A DNA stretch of 63,635 nucleotides, counting the filler, from Thraustochytrium aureum (Eukaryota): NCBI GenBank assembly GCA_012862495.1. It is 5 parts of 4 records of this genome, joined end to end, with 100 filler letters (N's around TTAATTAATTAA, not from the genome) between each part and the next. Parts side by side here need not be neighbours in the genome. Positions count along the whole stretch, not along the records: positions 43,782 to 50,071 come from BLSG01000011.1; positions 50,172 to 62,503 come from BLSG01000012.1; 3 more parts are not named here. One strand, given 5' to 3'. Below are positions 43,888 to 55,606 of this stretch, one piece after another. Numbering within the stretch: the stretch's first letter is position 1; each line of letters opens with the position of its first letter. The translations under genes and the position numbers were made by a program. Under the pieces are notes generated by a model. That model was not told where the DNA came from. It did not search any database and worked only from the letters and a program-made list of their open reading frames with translations.

Positions 43888-46726
43888 ATGGAGGTCGTCA
43901 AGAGCAAGCCGCGCAGCCAGCAGGCCGGCGTGGTGGGCGGCAGCAAGGCTGAGGGGCGGGATGGGGCTGGCCGCGAGGCCGGTCCCGAGGTCTCGCTCAA
44001 CCCCAGCGAACGCAGCCCTGTCGCTGCTGGTGCGGCCTCCTCAGCCGCGCTCGAGACGCCGCACTGGGCGCGCAAGAAAGAATGGGCAGAGCGACGGCGT
44101 TTCATCGCGGGCAAGGAAGAGGCACGCGAGGCCGAAACACGCAACTCTGTCTGGGACGCAGCGAAGAAGGCGGCGGCTGGTGCTGGTCCAGGCGCCAAAG
44201 ACAAGAAGACAAAGCCCTCCGGAGAGCACCACGGGGGGAGTCACAGGCAATATATGGAAGACAAGCGGCTCAAGCTGAGAGAGCAGCGCAGCGTGCAGCG
44301 CTCTGCGCACAGCCCCGACTTGTTCAAGGGCGACGTGTTCTGGGTCAACGGCGCAACCGTACTCGACCCGCCTTTCTGGACCGTAGAACAAACCGTAGAA
44401 GAGATCCTCGAGCACGGGGGCGAGTACAGGGACACCCTCAGCAAGGACGTCTCGATCGTGATCTGCCGCAACCTCAACCACGAAAAAGTGCACCAGGAAA
44501 CGACCATAAAGCGCGCCCGACGTAGGTGGTTCCTGAAGCCGATATGGTTGGCTGACTGCATCGAGCGCGGCCAGCGGCTGGCCTGCGCCCCGTATGTGAT
44601 CGACTCGCTCCGTCCGCGAACGACCGGGATCTTCAGCTTGCGCCAGACTGCGCAACAAGACCCGCCAGCCCAGCGCCGGCACGAGCCCCACAGCCCGACA
44701 ACTGCGGTGACCGCCGTCACCCTCACCGACGATCCAGGCACCCCTCCTCGCGGCGGCGCCCCAGAGCCGGAAACTGCGGTGACCGCCGTCACCCTCACCG
44801 ACGATCCAGGCACCCCTCTCGCGGCAGCGCCCCAGAGCCGGAAACAATAGACCTCCTCTCCTCACCGGAGAGCTCGCCCCACGGCTCACCGAGCGCCGCT
44901 TCTTCGGGCTCGCATCAGACACCGCACAAGCAAGGACACCGAAAGCGCACGTTTCTCTCGGCTCCCAGGCACAACCCCATGCAGGCCTCGCACAGCAGGA
45001 GAAGCAGCTCGAGGCACGTGACAATCCGGCGTGCGCGTCAAGTGCGACCCACGCTGCCCCACAAGACTTGTCCAACTCTCCAGGACGCCAGGCGGGCGGC
45101 GCAGTCCAAGCGACATGGACTGATATGCTCGGCCAGGTGGGTCTTCTTGCATGCCGCGTGCGGCACCCGCCGCCCGACGCTGTCGCGGTTGGCGACACGG
45201 TGCTGTGGGTTAGCGAATCAGCTGCGCGCGCTCGCGGCCTCTATGTGGGCATGGACGCGATGCGGGCTGCGGCCTGCGCCAAGGTGATCATTTGCAGCGA
45301 GGCGCAAGTGCGCGAGTGGACTCTTGCTCTGCAGCGGCGCGCGCGCGAGGTCGCCGTTGGACCGGTGCACCCACTCGGGTCCAACCAGGTCGCCATGCGC
45401 GTCGAGGCCGGCGCTTCGCTCGACGCTGTTCGCAGCGCGATTCGCGGCGCCCTCCCGCGCGGAGCGCTGCTAGACGTTCGCTGGATCCCTGCGAGCGTCC
45501 TCGACGCTGCCGCTCCGGGCGGCAACACCCCGGCGACGTCGCCCGAGCACCCGCGCACGGGCTTTTCCGAGCGCGTCGAGCGCCGCTTCGCGTGTGCGTT
45601 TGAGNNNNNNNNNNNNNNNNNNNNNNNNNNNNNNNNNNNNNNNNNNNNNNNNNNNNNNNNNNNNNNNNNNNNNNNNNNNNNNNNNNNNNNNNNNNNNNNN
45701 NNNNNNNNNNNNNNNNNNNNNNNNNNNNNNNNNNNNNNNNNNNNNNNNNNNNNNNNNNNNNNNNNNNNNNNNNNNNNNNNNNNNNNNNNNNNNNNNNNNN
45801 NNNNNNNNNNNNNNNNNNNNNNNNNNNNNNNNNNNNNNNNNNNNNNNNNNNNNNNNNNNNNNNNNNNNNNNNNNNNNNNNNNNNNNNNNNNNNNNNNNNN
45901 NNNNNNNNNNGACGTGCCATCGCTCGGCCAAGCAGCCCCGACCAAGCTGTCGAGGTTGCGGTCTGCAGCTCCACGCCTGCCACTCCACGCGGCATGGACT
46001 GGGACGTGTCGGGCCTCGTTGCCAGCGTCCATCCAGCGTGAGATCCGAGCAGACGTTGAGCGCGAGTCGGCTAAATCCCAAGAGCGGGCCGCCCGGCGAG
46101 CTACCAATGCCGCCGCCGCCAAGGCAACTGGCGCCGCTGGCGCTGTGCATGGGGACGGCCGCATCAAGGGCAGGCAGACAACGCTTGACCACCTTCGTAA
46201 GCTCAAACCAGCCGCGCGTGGCGAGGCGACAGAGGCCGCGGACAAGTACCGGCGGCAGCTCGTCGCGGCACGGCGCGCCCTTTGGAGCCCGGCGGCGCCA
46301 GTTCGAATTGCAACCGAGCCCCAGAACCAAGCGTCCAGCAGCTCGTCTGGGCAGGGGCCGGAGCGGGGGCCCGACTCGCTGGGGCAGCCAGGCGGGATCC
46401 CTGGCGTTTCAGATTCATTAGCGGAGATCAAGGCTGCGGTGTTGGAGTTTCTGGACGACCTGGACGCGGACGGGTCGGGCAACGAGCAAGGAGCGCAAGC
46501 CGCGGCTGCAGCCGTTCTTCTTGGCGAGCTGGCGTGCGGGCTGGTCCGCGCAGGTTCGCTGTCGCGGGCCCAGTTTGTCGCTCGTTTGGCGCACTTTGAG
46601 CTGAAGGCCCGATTTGAGGCGGCTGAAGCCCTCGGCGCTTGGCGCGCTTTGGAGGAGTCGGTGCAGGCCGCCTCGCGCGAGTTCGCAGGCGAAGACGCCG
46701 TCATCGCTCTGCCCGCGTGGCAGTAG
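43888..46726 (+). CDS. REV1: REV1-like protein: M1 helix + BRCT, degenerate Y-family polymerase core, UBM-like motif, REV1 CTD (indels and a gap)
   Basis: YMEDKRLKLREQ...FKG..FWVNG...HGG.Y...KPIWLADCI..G.....PY (REV1 BRCT); VAV...ARARGLYVGM..A (Y-family fingers); LPASIQREI (UBM-like); C-terminal helices aligning with the REV1 CTD. Confidence 0.75.
44701..44844 (+). repeat. 72-bp tandem duplication inside the REV1-like linker
   Basis: ACTGCGGTGACCGCCGTCACC... at 44701 and 44773; the second copy lacks one C. Confidence 0.9.
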
Positions 46727-46943
46727 GCTCGGCGCAACACCTGGCTCTCTCACCCCTGTGGATCTCTGGGTCTCGAGAGAGAGCTACTTTTGCAAGAGCT
46801 AGCTAGGCTAGAGAGCGCGCAGAGCGCGGCTCCGCGCAAAGCGCACGGAGTACCTATTATCTGGTGAAAAAAGATAGGTAGGTTTGTTTCTCCACGCCAA
46901 AGCAGCGCGGAATCTGCTGCACAATAGCTTGGTAAAAGGCCTC

Positions 46944-48962
46944 CTAGGCCGCTGCGGGCCCCCCAGCCATCGCGGCCTCGATGCGATCCTCGAAACCCTC
47001 CTCTGCTGCGCGCGAGATGAGGTCCAAGATCCGCCAGTACTGGATCGTACCGCCCTGCGAGCCATTGCCGAGGCGGGCATCGTCGGAAACGGAGAGGAAT
47101 GCGAACGGGTCGTGCCGGTCCCAGTCAAAGTCCGTGATGGCCGAGACGTGGCCGACGTGGCGGAAGAACGGCTGCGGCGCTGTCGCCAGCTCCGAGTCAT
47201 GGAGGTTCCAAACTGCAAGCACTGGGTCGTCGCCATTGCTGGCCATCAGGTGGCGGTCGTGTGGCGACCACCGCACGTTTAGCACTGGTGTCGTGTGGCC
47301 TTCGAAGCGCTGCACCAGGCAAGTCGGCGGGCTTGCAAGCGACGGCGAGGCCGCGCGCCCGAGCCGCCGCATGTCGAGAATCCCAATGTGGTTGTCGCTG
47401 CTCCCTGTGGCAATAAAGTGCGAGTCCGTTTGGCTCCACGAGCAACAGTTGATGTCGTCTTCGTGCACGCCTTCGACGCGATGCACGGGGCTCGAACCCT
47501 GCCTGCTGTCCCAAAACATGACAAGCTTGTCGACCCCGACCGAGACGCAGACCTTGCCGAGGCTTTCTGGCTCAAACGCGCAAGCCTCGATCGTGCCCTC
47601 GTGGCCCTCGAACTTCATCGCGGCTTCCAGCTTGGTCGCCTTGTTGACCACGTCCACGACAGGGCCGCGGCCGGACGGCTCGGGCGTCGAGGCGACCCCC
47701 TCTAGGCAGGCCAGCCCGCTCTGGCTGTCCTCGAGGTCCCAGAGGCACAAGAGGCGGTCNNNNNNNNNNNNNNNNNNNNNNNNNNNNNNNNNNNNNNNNN
47801 NNNNNNNNNNNNNNNNNNNNNNNNNNNNNNNNNNNNNNNNNNNNNNNNNNNNNNNNNNNNNNNNNNNNNNNNNNNNNNNNNNNNNNNNNNNNNNNNNNNN
47901 NNNNNNNNNNNNNNNNNNNNNNNNNNNNNNNNNNNNNNNNNNNNNNNNNNNNNNNNNNNNNNNNNNNNNNNNNNNNNNNNNNNNNNNNNNNNNNNNNNNN
48001 NNNNNNNNNNNNNNNNNNNNNNNNNNNNNNNNNNNNNNNNNNNNNNNNNNNNNNNNNNNNNNNNNNNNNNNNNNNNNNNNNNNNNNNNNNNNNNNNNNNN
48101 NNNNNNNNNNNNNNNNNNNNNNNNNNNNNNNNNNNNNNNNNNNNNNNNNNNNNNNNNNNNNNNNNNNNNNNNNNNNNNNNNNNNNNCAGTTGGGCGGACG
48201 CCGCGGTCCGGCTGCTTGTTGACGTCCCAAACGTACACAAGCGGGGTGTCCGAGTGGGTCGCCACGAGACCGTCGATGCGATGCGAGACGCGAATGCGGT
48301 TCACCTCGCCCGGGTGCACGATTTTCTTGAGAACGCCCACCCGCGACGACTTGTTCGTGTCGCCAAATCGGCCAATGTACTTGCGATTTGACGTGTTGGG
48401 CTCCGGAGCGTCAACGGTGGCCACAAAGAGGCGGCTCGTGTTGCCCTTGCTCCACCGGTTGGTGGCGGGGTCATACAACGCGTCTGTGCGGCTCGAGTAG
48501 AAAATCTGCCTTTTGCGGCCCCATTCCTCAACGGCGGGCAGTTCCTTGCCGAACGCGCAGCTGAGCGATGCCCAGCTGAGCGTGTGGTACACGATCGCGT
48601 CGTAAAGAAACGGTATGTTGCGTTTCCAGGCTAGAAACGGGTTTTCTGCTGGTGCCGCCACGGCAAGCGGCTGAGGGACCCTTCCTGCGACAGCTGTCCG
48701 CGGCCCGCCCGCGCTCCTGTTTTTTGGACTTGAGAGAAGGTGTCAGGGGCGGCAGCGGCGGCGGGGGCGGGGGCGACGGCTCTCCATGATCGGCGTTCCT
48801 GCCGGCGTTGAGGCCTTGGCGCGCCGCCTTGGCGGCAGGCTCCTCCGACGATGCGACGCCCTCATCCTCATCCTCATCCGCCTCTGCCAAGCTCGCCTGC
48901 CGCACGCGCTTGGTCGAGATTATGTTGGAAAACGAAAGGTCATTCCGAGCGCGCTGCGCCAT
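46944..48962 (-). CDS. Histone-binding WD40 protein of the RBBP4/MSI family, MSI4/FVE-like (gap, indel near 48700)
   Basis: WKRNIPFLYD...W.SLSC, IVHPGEVNRIR, VATHSD, H.GH..ITDF.W...DP...SVSDD...GGTIQYWRI.DLI. Confidence 0.85.
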
Positions 48963-48991
48963 CCCTCCCTCTCTCCCTGCCGACCGACCGA

Positions 48992-48992
<1 letters not shown>

Positions 48993-49028
<36 letters not shown>
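48993..49028. repeat. (CAGC)n microsatellite
   Basis: Direct inspection. Confidence 0.9.
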
Positions 49029-49029
<1 letters not shown>

Positions 49030-49698
49030 GAGCAGCGAGCTTCCCTAACGACAGCTGACGCGCAGCCAAAGCGACGCGTTTCCAGGCACGCAGGCACGCC
49101 TGAGGCAGACCGCCGCGAGGAGACGGCCTCTGCGCTCGGGACGTTCAGGGTCTGCAGGCCACCTTTTCGCAGATGATAATTGTCGCATTTTGTTGCGCTC
49201 GAGCTCGCCGATGTGGAGCTCGCCGACGTGGGCGCGCCCGTGCCCGGCGTGCACGGCGTGGACGGCGGCCGCGATGCAACGGTGCGCAACTGCCTGCGAA
49301 CGCTGGCTTGGTCGCGGCTGGCCGGCGCCGGGAACGGAGGCGGGCTCCAGCTCCATGTATGTGCCGAGGCTGCGCAAGGGCGCGGCGGCGACCACGCGGC
49401 GCACAGACTGAATTGTGGTCTTCGGTCGTGTGCGCGGAGATTCATAGGTGCGTATGCTTGCTCTAAAGAGATGGCTTCGGTGGCGCAAACGCTGCGCGCG
49501 GGCCAGGCCTTCACGGCCCGTCTCGCAAGGTGCCAGGGTCGCTCGCTCGCCAGCGCGCGCCAACGTCGACGCTGTATAGTTCTCGCTGTTTTGCTCGAGG
49601 AGAGCAGGGGAATATGCAGGCAGGCATATGCAGGCATATGCAGGCAGGCAGGCAGAAAGGAGGGGACGAGGAGAGCGCCTGGGCCGGGCGGGACGCGC

Positions 49699-50071
49699 TC
49701 AGTCCAAGTCAGCAGAAGTTATCATCGGCGAGACGGGCGCGTCGGCCGGCGGCGATCCGTCCTTGCTTGCCGGCTTTTGCGCTCGCTTTTGGCCCCCGCC
49801 GCTCTTCCCAGAGGCACTACCGGCGCGGGCCTTGCCCTTGACGGCCTTGCCCTGGTCCTTGAACAGACCGATGGCGCCCCCCACGCCAACGGCGACCTGC
49901 ATTGGGACCCCAAGCAAACCAGGCGCAGACACGGCGGCGGGCTCGGCGGCTGCCGCCGCGCCATCCGGCTGCGCGGCCCGCTGGGAGCGCTTCACGTGCG
50001 CGTAGCTGCACTTGTCGCCGTGCTTGCAGCCCGCTGGGCCGCTGAAGAATTTGCACACCCCACGCTTCCCT
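49699..50071 (-). CDS. C-terminal fragment of a CCCH zinc-finger protein
   Basis: CKFFSGPAGCKHGDKCSYAH (C-x8-C-x5-C-x3-H). Confidence 0.7.
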
Positions 50072-50115
50072 NNNNNNNNNNNNNNNNNNNNNNNNNNNNN
50101 NNNNNNNNNNNNNNN

Positions 50116-50127
50116 TTAATTAATTAA
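50116..50127. other. Artificial contig linker
   Basis: TTAATTAATTAA between N runs. Confidence 0.95.
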
Positions 50128-50171
50128 NNNNNNNNNNNNNNNNNNNNNNNNNNNNNNNNNNNNNNNNNNNN

Positions 50172-50662
50172 AGCTAGCAGCTTGGCCCTGCGAAACTGCC
50201 ATGAGATCTGTCTCGTCGCGCTCGTCGTCGGATTCGCACACGCAAACGAGCGCCCGCGCAGCGATGGGACGCTCGTCCGCCTTGTAGGGGTCGACAAGCA
50301 CAGAGTTGCTATTCACCCAGACGCAGGGGAAGCCCTTCATCGCGATGCCGGCGTCCAAAAGCGCCCAGTAGCAAGCCAGCACGGCGCAGGCCGTCGCGGT
50401 GCTACCGCTACTGACTACCTGAACGCTCACCTGGATTACCTTGTCCGGGTGAAACCGCGTCAGGATCACAGACTTGAGGATGTCCGCCACGGCGCGCTCC
50501 AAGTTTGAAGCCCGCTGCACGCCCTGCAAGTCGCCCGCGCCGCCTCTATGCGGTTGCCGCCGCAGCGAGAACTCTGCGCGTGAGCTCTTATACACGTTGA
50601 CCAGCACAACGCAGGGTCCCAAGGCTGTCGCCATCCTCGGAAATGTCGGCCTCCGCCCAATC
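50172..50662 (-). CDS. EXOSC5: RNase PH-domain exosome subunit, RRP46-like (partial)
   Basis: LERAVADILKSVILTRFHP...I.VSVQVVS...ACAV.A...ALLDAGIAM. Confidence 0.65.
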
Positions 50663-52196
50663 NNNNNNNNNNNNNNNNNNNNNNNNNNNNNNNNNNNNNN
50701 NNNNNNNNNNNNNNNNNNNNNNNNNNNNNNNNNNNNNNNNNNNNNNNNNNNNNNNNNNNNNNNNNNNNNNNNNNNNNNNNNNNNNNNNNNNNNNNNNNNN
50801 NNNGAAGTTGGCGCTCTGTCAACTCATTTGGGATATCAACTGGCTAGCAGCAATCGAGTAGAGCGCGATCACCGCCGCGACAACTCCAACCGGATAGCCA
50901 CGAACGAGTAAGGCACGGCCAGTCTCGGCGCTGCATCAACTCGATGCAGCTAGGCCCAGCCGTTTCATCACTCTCCCGTTCCAAGGCGCAGCGCAAAAGC
51001 CAGTTCACTCGCCGCGCTGACCGCACCAGGACAAACGGACCAAGGCACGTAAAGCCTATCTCATCGCATCACCCAAACGGACATGGCCCGCGCGGCCATG
51101 GCTCAACCGCTGCCGAGCAACCGACAACACACCCGATCATCGTGTCCAATCCGCACTCAACCAGATAAGCGCCAAGTAGGCGTCCTATGATCAGGATTGA
51201 CATCGAGGCGATCGAATGGGCAACCTCGCAAGGGCGAGCCAAGTTGGTGGGCCACAGCGAGAACGAAAAGGCGAGCAAAAGGCAAGCAACCCGACCCGAC
51301 CCGAACACAGACTCGAATACAACAGCAAAAGCACGTTTAACCCGCGAACCAATCCCGCATCTCCGCTGAGCAGTATCTCCGCCAGGAGATCCCACGACAG
51401 AATCAAAACCCTCAATTTTACCCGACTCGGGAGCCACGAGTGCCGGGAAATACGAACATGCTGTATTCGTCTAGATCGCCATCGCTGACCACCGCGGGGG
51501 GGTTCTTGGGACGGCCCCAACTTGTCTCGCTTTCCTTTCGTATCGCTTTCTTTTCGTCTCGCTTTCGTTTCGTCTCGCTTATTAGTTGCCGGGCGATCTC
51601 GAGAACACGGTTGACGCAACCCTGTTGGCGAGCCTGTTCTTCTCCTCGACCGCCTTCCTTTCCTCCAGCGCCATGCCGGGCAAGCCATGGAGGGGCCTTG
51701 CACAAACTGGGGCCTGCAACCAACGCATCCATGCAGCTCGACCATGGGAGTCAAACGGAGTCGACCGCTTCGGCGCGAGTCCTGCCAGTGCACCTCCAAG
51801 TTCCTTCCGCCCCAAAAGTCTCCTTTGGTCTCCCTGACCGCAGCTGGGCTGGTCTGTTGCGCGGATGCTTCGCTTGTTCGTTGGATCGATCCGCCAGCAG
51901 GCTGAGCGAGGGGAGCCGACGAGGGGCTTTCGTTCGTGCGCGTGGGACAGAGCCCAGAGGCGCGCTGGTGTCGATGCCCCGGCCGACCTGCGCAGGCCGC
52001 CGCTCCCTCTCTGGGCGTACTTGCTGGCGCGGCTACGGGAAGCGCGTCGAGCCAGCGGGGATTCGTCCCGAAAACGACCTGGGGTTTCACTGGATTTGCG
52101 ACGCGACCTGGACGCCCTCGCGCCCTCGCGCTCGGTTGGCAGGCGCGCGAAGGCCGCGTCGGTTGTAGGTCCTGCCGTTGGAGGAGCTGGGAGGGC

Positions 52197-53229
52197 ATGG
52201 TGAAAAAGGCCAAGAAGAGCAGCGCCAAGGTGGAGGATGCAGAAGACGGCGGCCGTCCTCACCACCACCGCAAGTCGCGGTCCGCGAGCAGCAGCAAGGC
52301 GCCAGGGCCAGATGCAGCAGTTCGCGATACCGTGCGCCGCGTGCGGCTGTGGATACATCAAGACAAGCGGCGCGCTGCCGTCGCCGCCGCCCTGCTGCTG
52401 GTCTTGCTATACTTGCTGACGGCTCGAAGCGGGTCGAGCAGTTCGGTCGCCCTGCACGCACGCGGGTCCCTACGGACGAGGAGACGGGGTCGTCTCCGAG
52501 CGACTATGCGGAGGAGGACGGCGAGGAGGGCGCTGCAAAGCGCCACCGCCAAAGCGCAAGAAGAAGGAGGTGCCCGGGCCCTCTGCCGCCGAGTTTGAGG
52601 AGGACCTGAGCGCGGCCACCGGGCGAATTAACACGGTGGAGACCGCAGTGGGCGCGGATCAGTTCAATGTCAAGCTACGCCCGCTCGAGAAGCAGGGCGA
52701 CAAGGTGATCTGCGTGGACAAGGGCGGCGGCAAGTACAACAAAATCTGCAGCATGGCCTACGCCGAGTACCTCTTTGAGGTCCCCAAGCCCAATACGTAC
52801 TACGTGTACGTGGAAACGGTGGCGCCGAATATCAACGACAACAGCCTCTGGGTTGGCGCGCCCACGGTGGACAGCGCGCACTTTGCCAGCTGCCCCGCCA
52901 ACAAGGCCGGTCCGCTCGTCCCGCACAAGCACGTCAAGTCCAAAAAGTGGCTTTGCTGTCCCAAGTACCTCGAGGCGAACGCCAAGAAGGGCCAGGGCCG
53001 CTTCTACTGCGACTGTTGCATGTCTACGCTCGGCCCCAAGGGCGCTGATGTGGGCTGCATCCTGGACCTCGAGGTGAGCACCAAGCCGCAGTGGAACATG
53101 CTGCCGCGAGCGTTGCAGGTTGCGTCCACCGACAAGCCACTCGCAGTGCGCATCTTTGCCAGGGAGGACGGCACGGCGTGGACGCGGGTCTTTGTTTCGA
53201 CAAACCCTGCCCTCAAGGACATCCCATGA
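52197..53229 (+). CDS. Type II membrane protein with a lumenal Cys-rich, CBM-like beta-sandwich domain (two indels near 52465 and 52565)
   Basis: Basic N-terminus, TM helix AAVAAALLLVLLYLL, acidic stem, then Y.FEVP....YYVYV...AP...DNSLWV...AREDG. Confidence 0.55.
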
Positions 53230-53464
53230 GCTTTGGTGTGCCGCGCGCAACGCGCCGGCTCGAATGGCACAAGTGGGCGAAACGAGCTCAACCTTGGGTT
53301 GCGTAATTTAGAGAGAAAGGCGGCCACGCGGGCTGCCCTGGCGGCGCCGCTTCGCCGGGCCTGGCTGGCTGGCTGAAGCGCAAAGCATTGTTTCTTCCTA
53401 ACGGGTTTGTCCCCGCCCAAGCCGTCCGCCCTTGACCAAGCGCGCACCACGCCCACGCGCAAAT

Positions 53465-53748
53465 CTACATGTGCATGCCAGCCTGCACGCCAGCGTTCTC
53501 CCTCGCCTTGCGCTCCAGCTCCTCCATCCTCGTCAACGTCGCCGACTTTAGCGGCAATATCTTGGGCTTGCACAGCACCTCGCTCAGGTTTCCGCGTTCC
53601 GAAAACCCAGGCCCGTCTGCGGCAGCACCTCCTGCAGCGCCTTGCTCCTAGCCGCGCCAGCCGCGACAGCGTCGCCCGCTCTGACCTCCGCATCGGCGCC
53701 AGCGGCGGCGCCAGCAGCGGCGCTGCCGTCCGCAGCGTCGTCGGCCAT
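53465..53748 (-). CDS. BBIP1: BBSome-interacting protein 1 (BBIP10/BBS18); one-base deletion near 53607
   Basis: LQEVLPQTGL[V]FSERGNLSEVLCKPKILPLKSATLTRMEELE matches the EVLP..G.....VLCKPK.LPLKS signature. Confidence 0.85.
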
Positions 53749-54344
53749 CGAGCGTCCCAGGCGGCCTCTTTCTTCTAAACCTTCGCAGCTCTCCAGCGAG
53801 CTGCCAGCCAGGGAGCAACCCAGCCGGCGGTGCGGTGCGCGCGGCGGCCTGAGGGCCCACGCGGTGCGCCGCAAGCGCCGCGCGAGAGGGGCACCGGAGC
53901 AGTGGGGGCGTGCAACAGGTAACGGGTCTGCTCGCTGTTGGCGGCTCGATGGCGATCGATCAATCGAACGGTCCTCGGGACGCCCGCCCTGACGCCGTCC
54001 ATCGAGCTCGCCGATCCCTCTCGCGCGCCGACTCGGGAGCACAGGACGTGCATTGACGTCATGGACGCTGCGGCGCTCTCCGCAAGCTAATTTTTCCTCA
54101 AGTTGGGCAGCTCGGCGGGTTGCGAGGGCCCCACGACGTTCTCCTCGACTCGGTTGCGCCACGATGCCGCAGGCGGGGGCGGCCGCGCGAGCTGGAGCAC
54201 GCAGGTCGGGCGATGTTCAAGCTTCTCGCAGCTCAATTAAAGCGGTGAATGGGTGGGTCTCTGAACGTTGTGCTTGCTTCTACGGACGCCTCTTGCTCTG
54301 CGAGCTCTGCGCGAGCTCTGCGCGAGCTCTGCGATTCGCTGTGT

Positions 54345-54776
54345 CTAGCGGCCCATCGAAGGCACCGCCAAGGGGGCGTTAAAGTTGGTTGGGTGGAACA
54401 GCAGGCAGCGATCGAAGGCCGCAGACACTTTGGCCTCGTCGCTCTTGCTGAACGCAAAGCGCAGCACATCCTCCTTCATGATCGAACCAAACTTGGCCTC
54501 CATCAAGCTCGTGACGCAGCAAAAACAGATCGACTGGCAGCCATAGCAGCAGCAGTTCTGTTGATTGTACTTGGCCGTTTTCAGTACGTCCTTTCCGATT
54601 GACTCGATCTTGACGTTCCCTGTCTCGCAGCAGCAGCAGAAACTCGTTTCGCGCGAGGTAAGGGAGGTTGCGTTCTCCAGAACCTCGTACTTGGCGCCGC
54701 TCAACCCGCACCAGAACGTCGCCCGCGTCGCTGCGATCGGGACAAAGTCATTCGTCTTGGCGAGCCGGGATGACAT
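54345..54776 (-). CDS. Small Cys-cluster hypothetical protein
   Basis: ATG-initiated 143-aa ORF with FCCCCE and NCCCYGCQSICFCC clusters. Confidence 0.55.
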   Translation of the reverse strand: MSSRLAKTNDFVPIAATRATFWCGLSGAKYEVLENATSLTSRETSFCCCCETGNVKIESIGKDVLKTAKYNQQNCCCYGCQSICFCCVTSLMEAKFGSIMKEDVLRFAFSKSDEAKVSAAFDRCLLFHPTNFNAPLAVPSMGR

Positions 54777-55606
54777 CGTGGTGCACAATTCGCTTCAACC
54801 AAACTCGAGTGCCGCGCGAAATGAACGCCCTGCAACCAACCAGAGCACAGGTACTGCCGCGTTGGGTGTCTGCCTGATCTCGAGGACCCCAACGCCTCTG
54901 CAACCAGAAAAGGCTGCGTGCGCTGACGTTGAGAGGGAGCTCGTGTGGGGAAAGAAAACCAGTGGGCGAGCGAGTCGAGACTCGGCGCCCTCTTGCCATC
55001 GGCAGCTGCGTACTCGGGTGAAACGGCCAGTGAAACGGCCAGCGTCGCAACGAGTAACCGCGACGTACTCGCACAGAGCACAGCCTACTTTTGCCAAAAG
55101 CCTCGACGACTCGCCCTGACCGACAGTTACAAGCTGAGAAAGAAACTCTCGCACTGCATCTCGTGAGAAACTCTCTTGAAAAAGGACGCAATCCTCCTTG
55201 GAAGAGCGCAACATCATTCTCAAGCTTCTGGCCCGCGTACCGGAGAAGGAATGGGAAAGGAAGAATGGATCGATCGATCGATCGTGGTCTCGAGGGCGCC
55301 TGCGCGAGTTGTGCGCGCAGAATTTGTCTTTGTCCGATGCCAACTTTCTCCAGAGTTTCGACGACGATCAAAATGATCAATTCACGATTTAATCGTTTTG
55401 TTCATCACAACTCAGATTCTTCATTTGATCTTCTTCACGAATATTCTTTTTCGCGGCATGGGCATGGCCGAGCAGCACATGGTCCTGCGCGGCGCCGCGA
55501 ACGCAGGGCGAACAAGGGCAGGGCTACACTCTGTGGCAGGCTCGCGCGAGCGCAGACTCTGGGGAGAGATTGGAGGCGTGTTGCGGGACACGCAACTACG
55601 ACAGTG

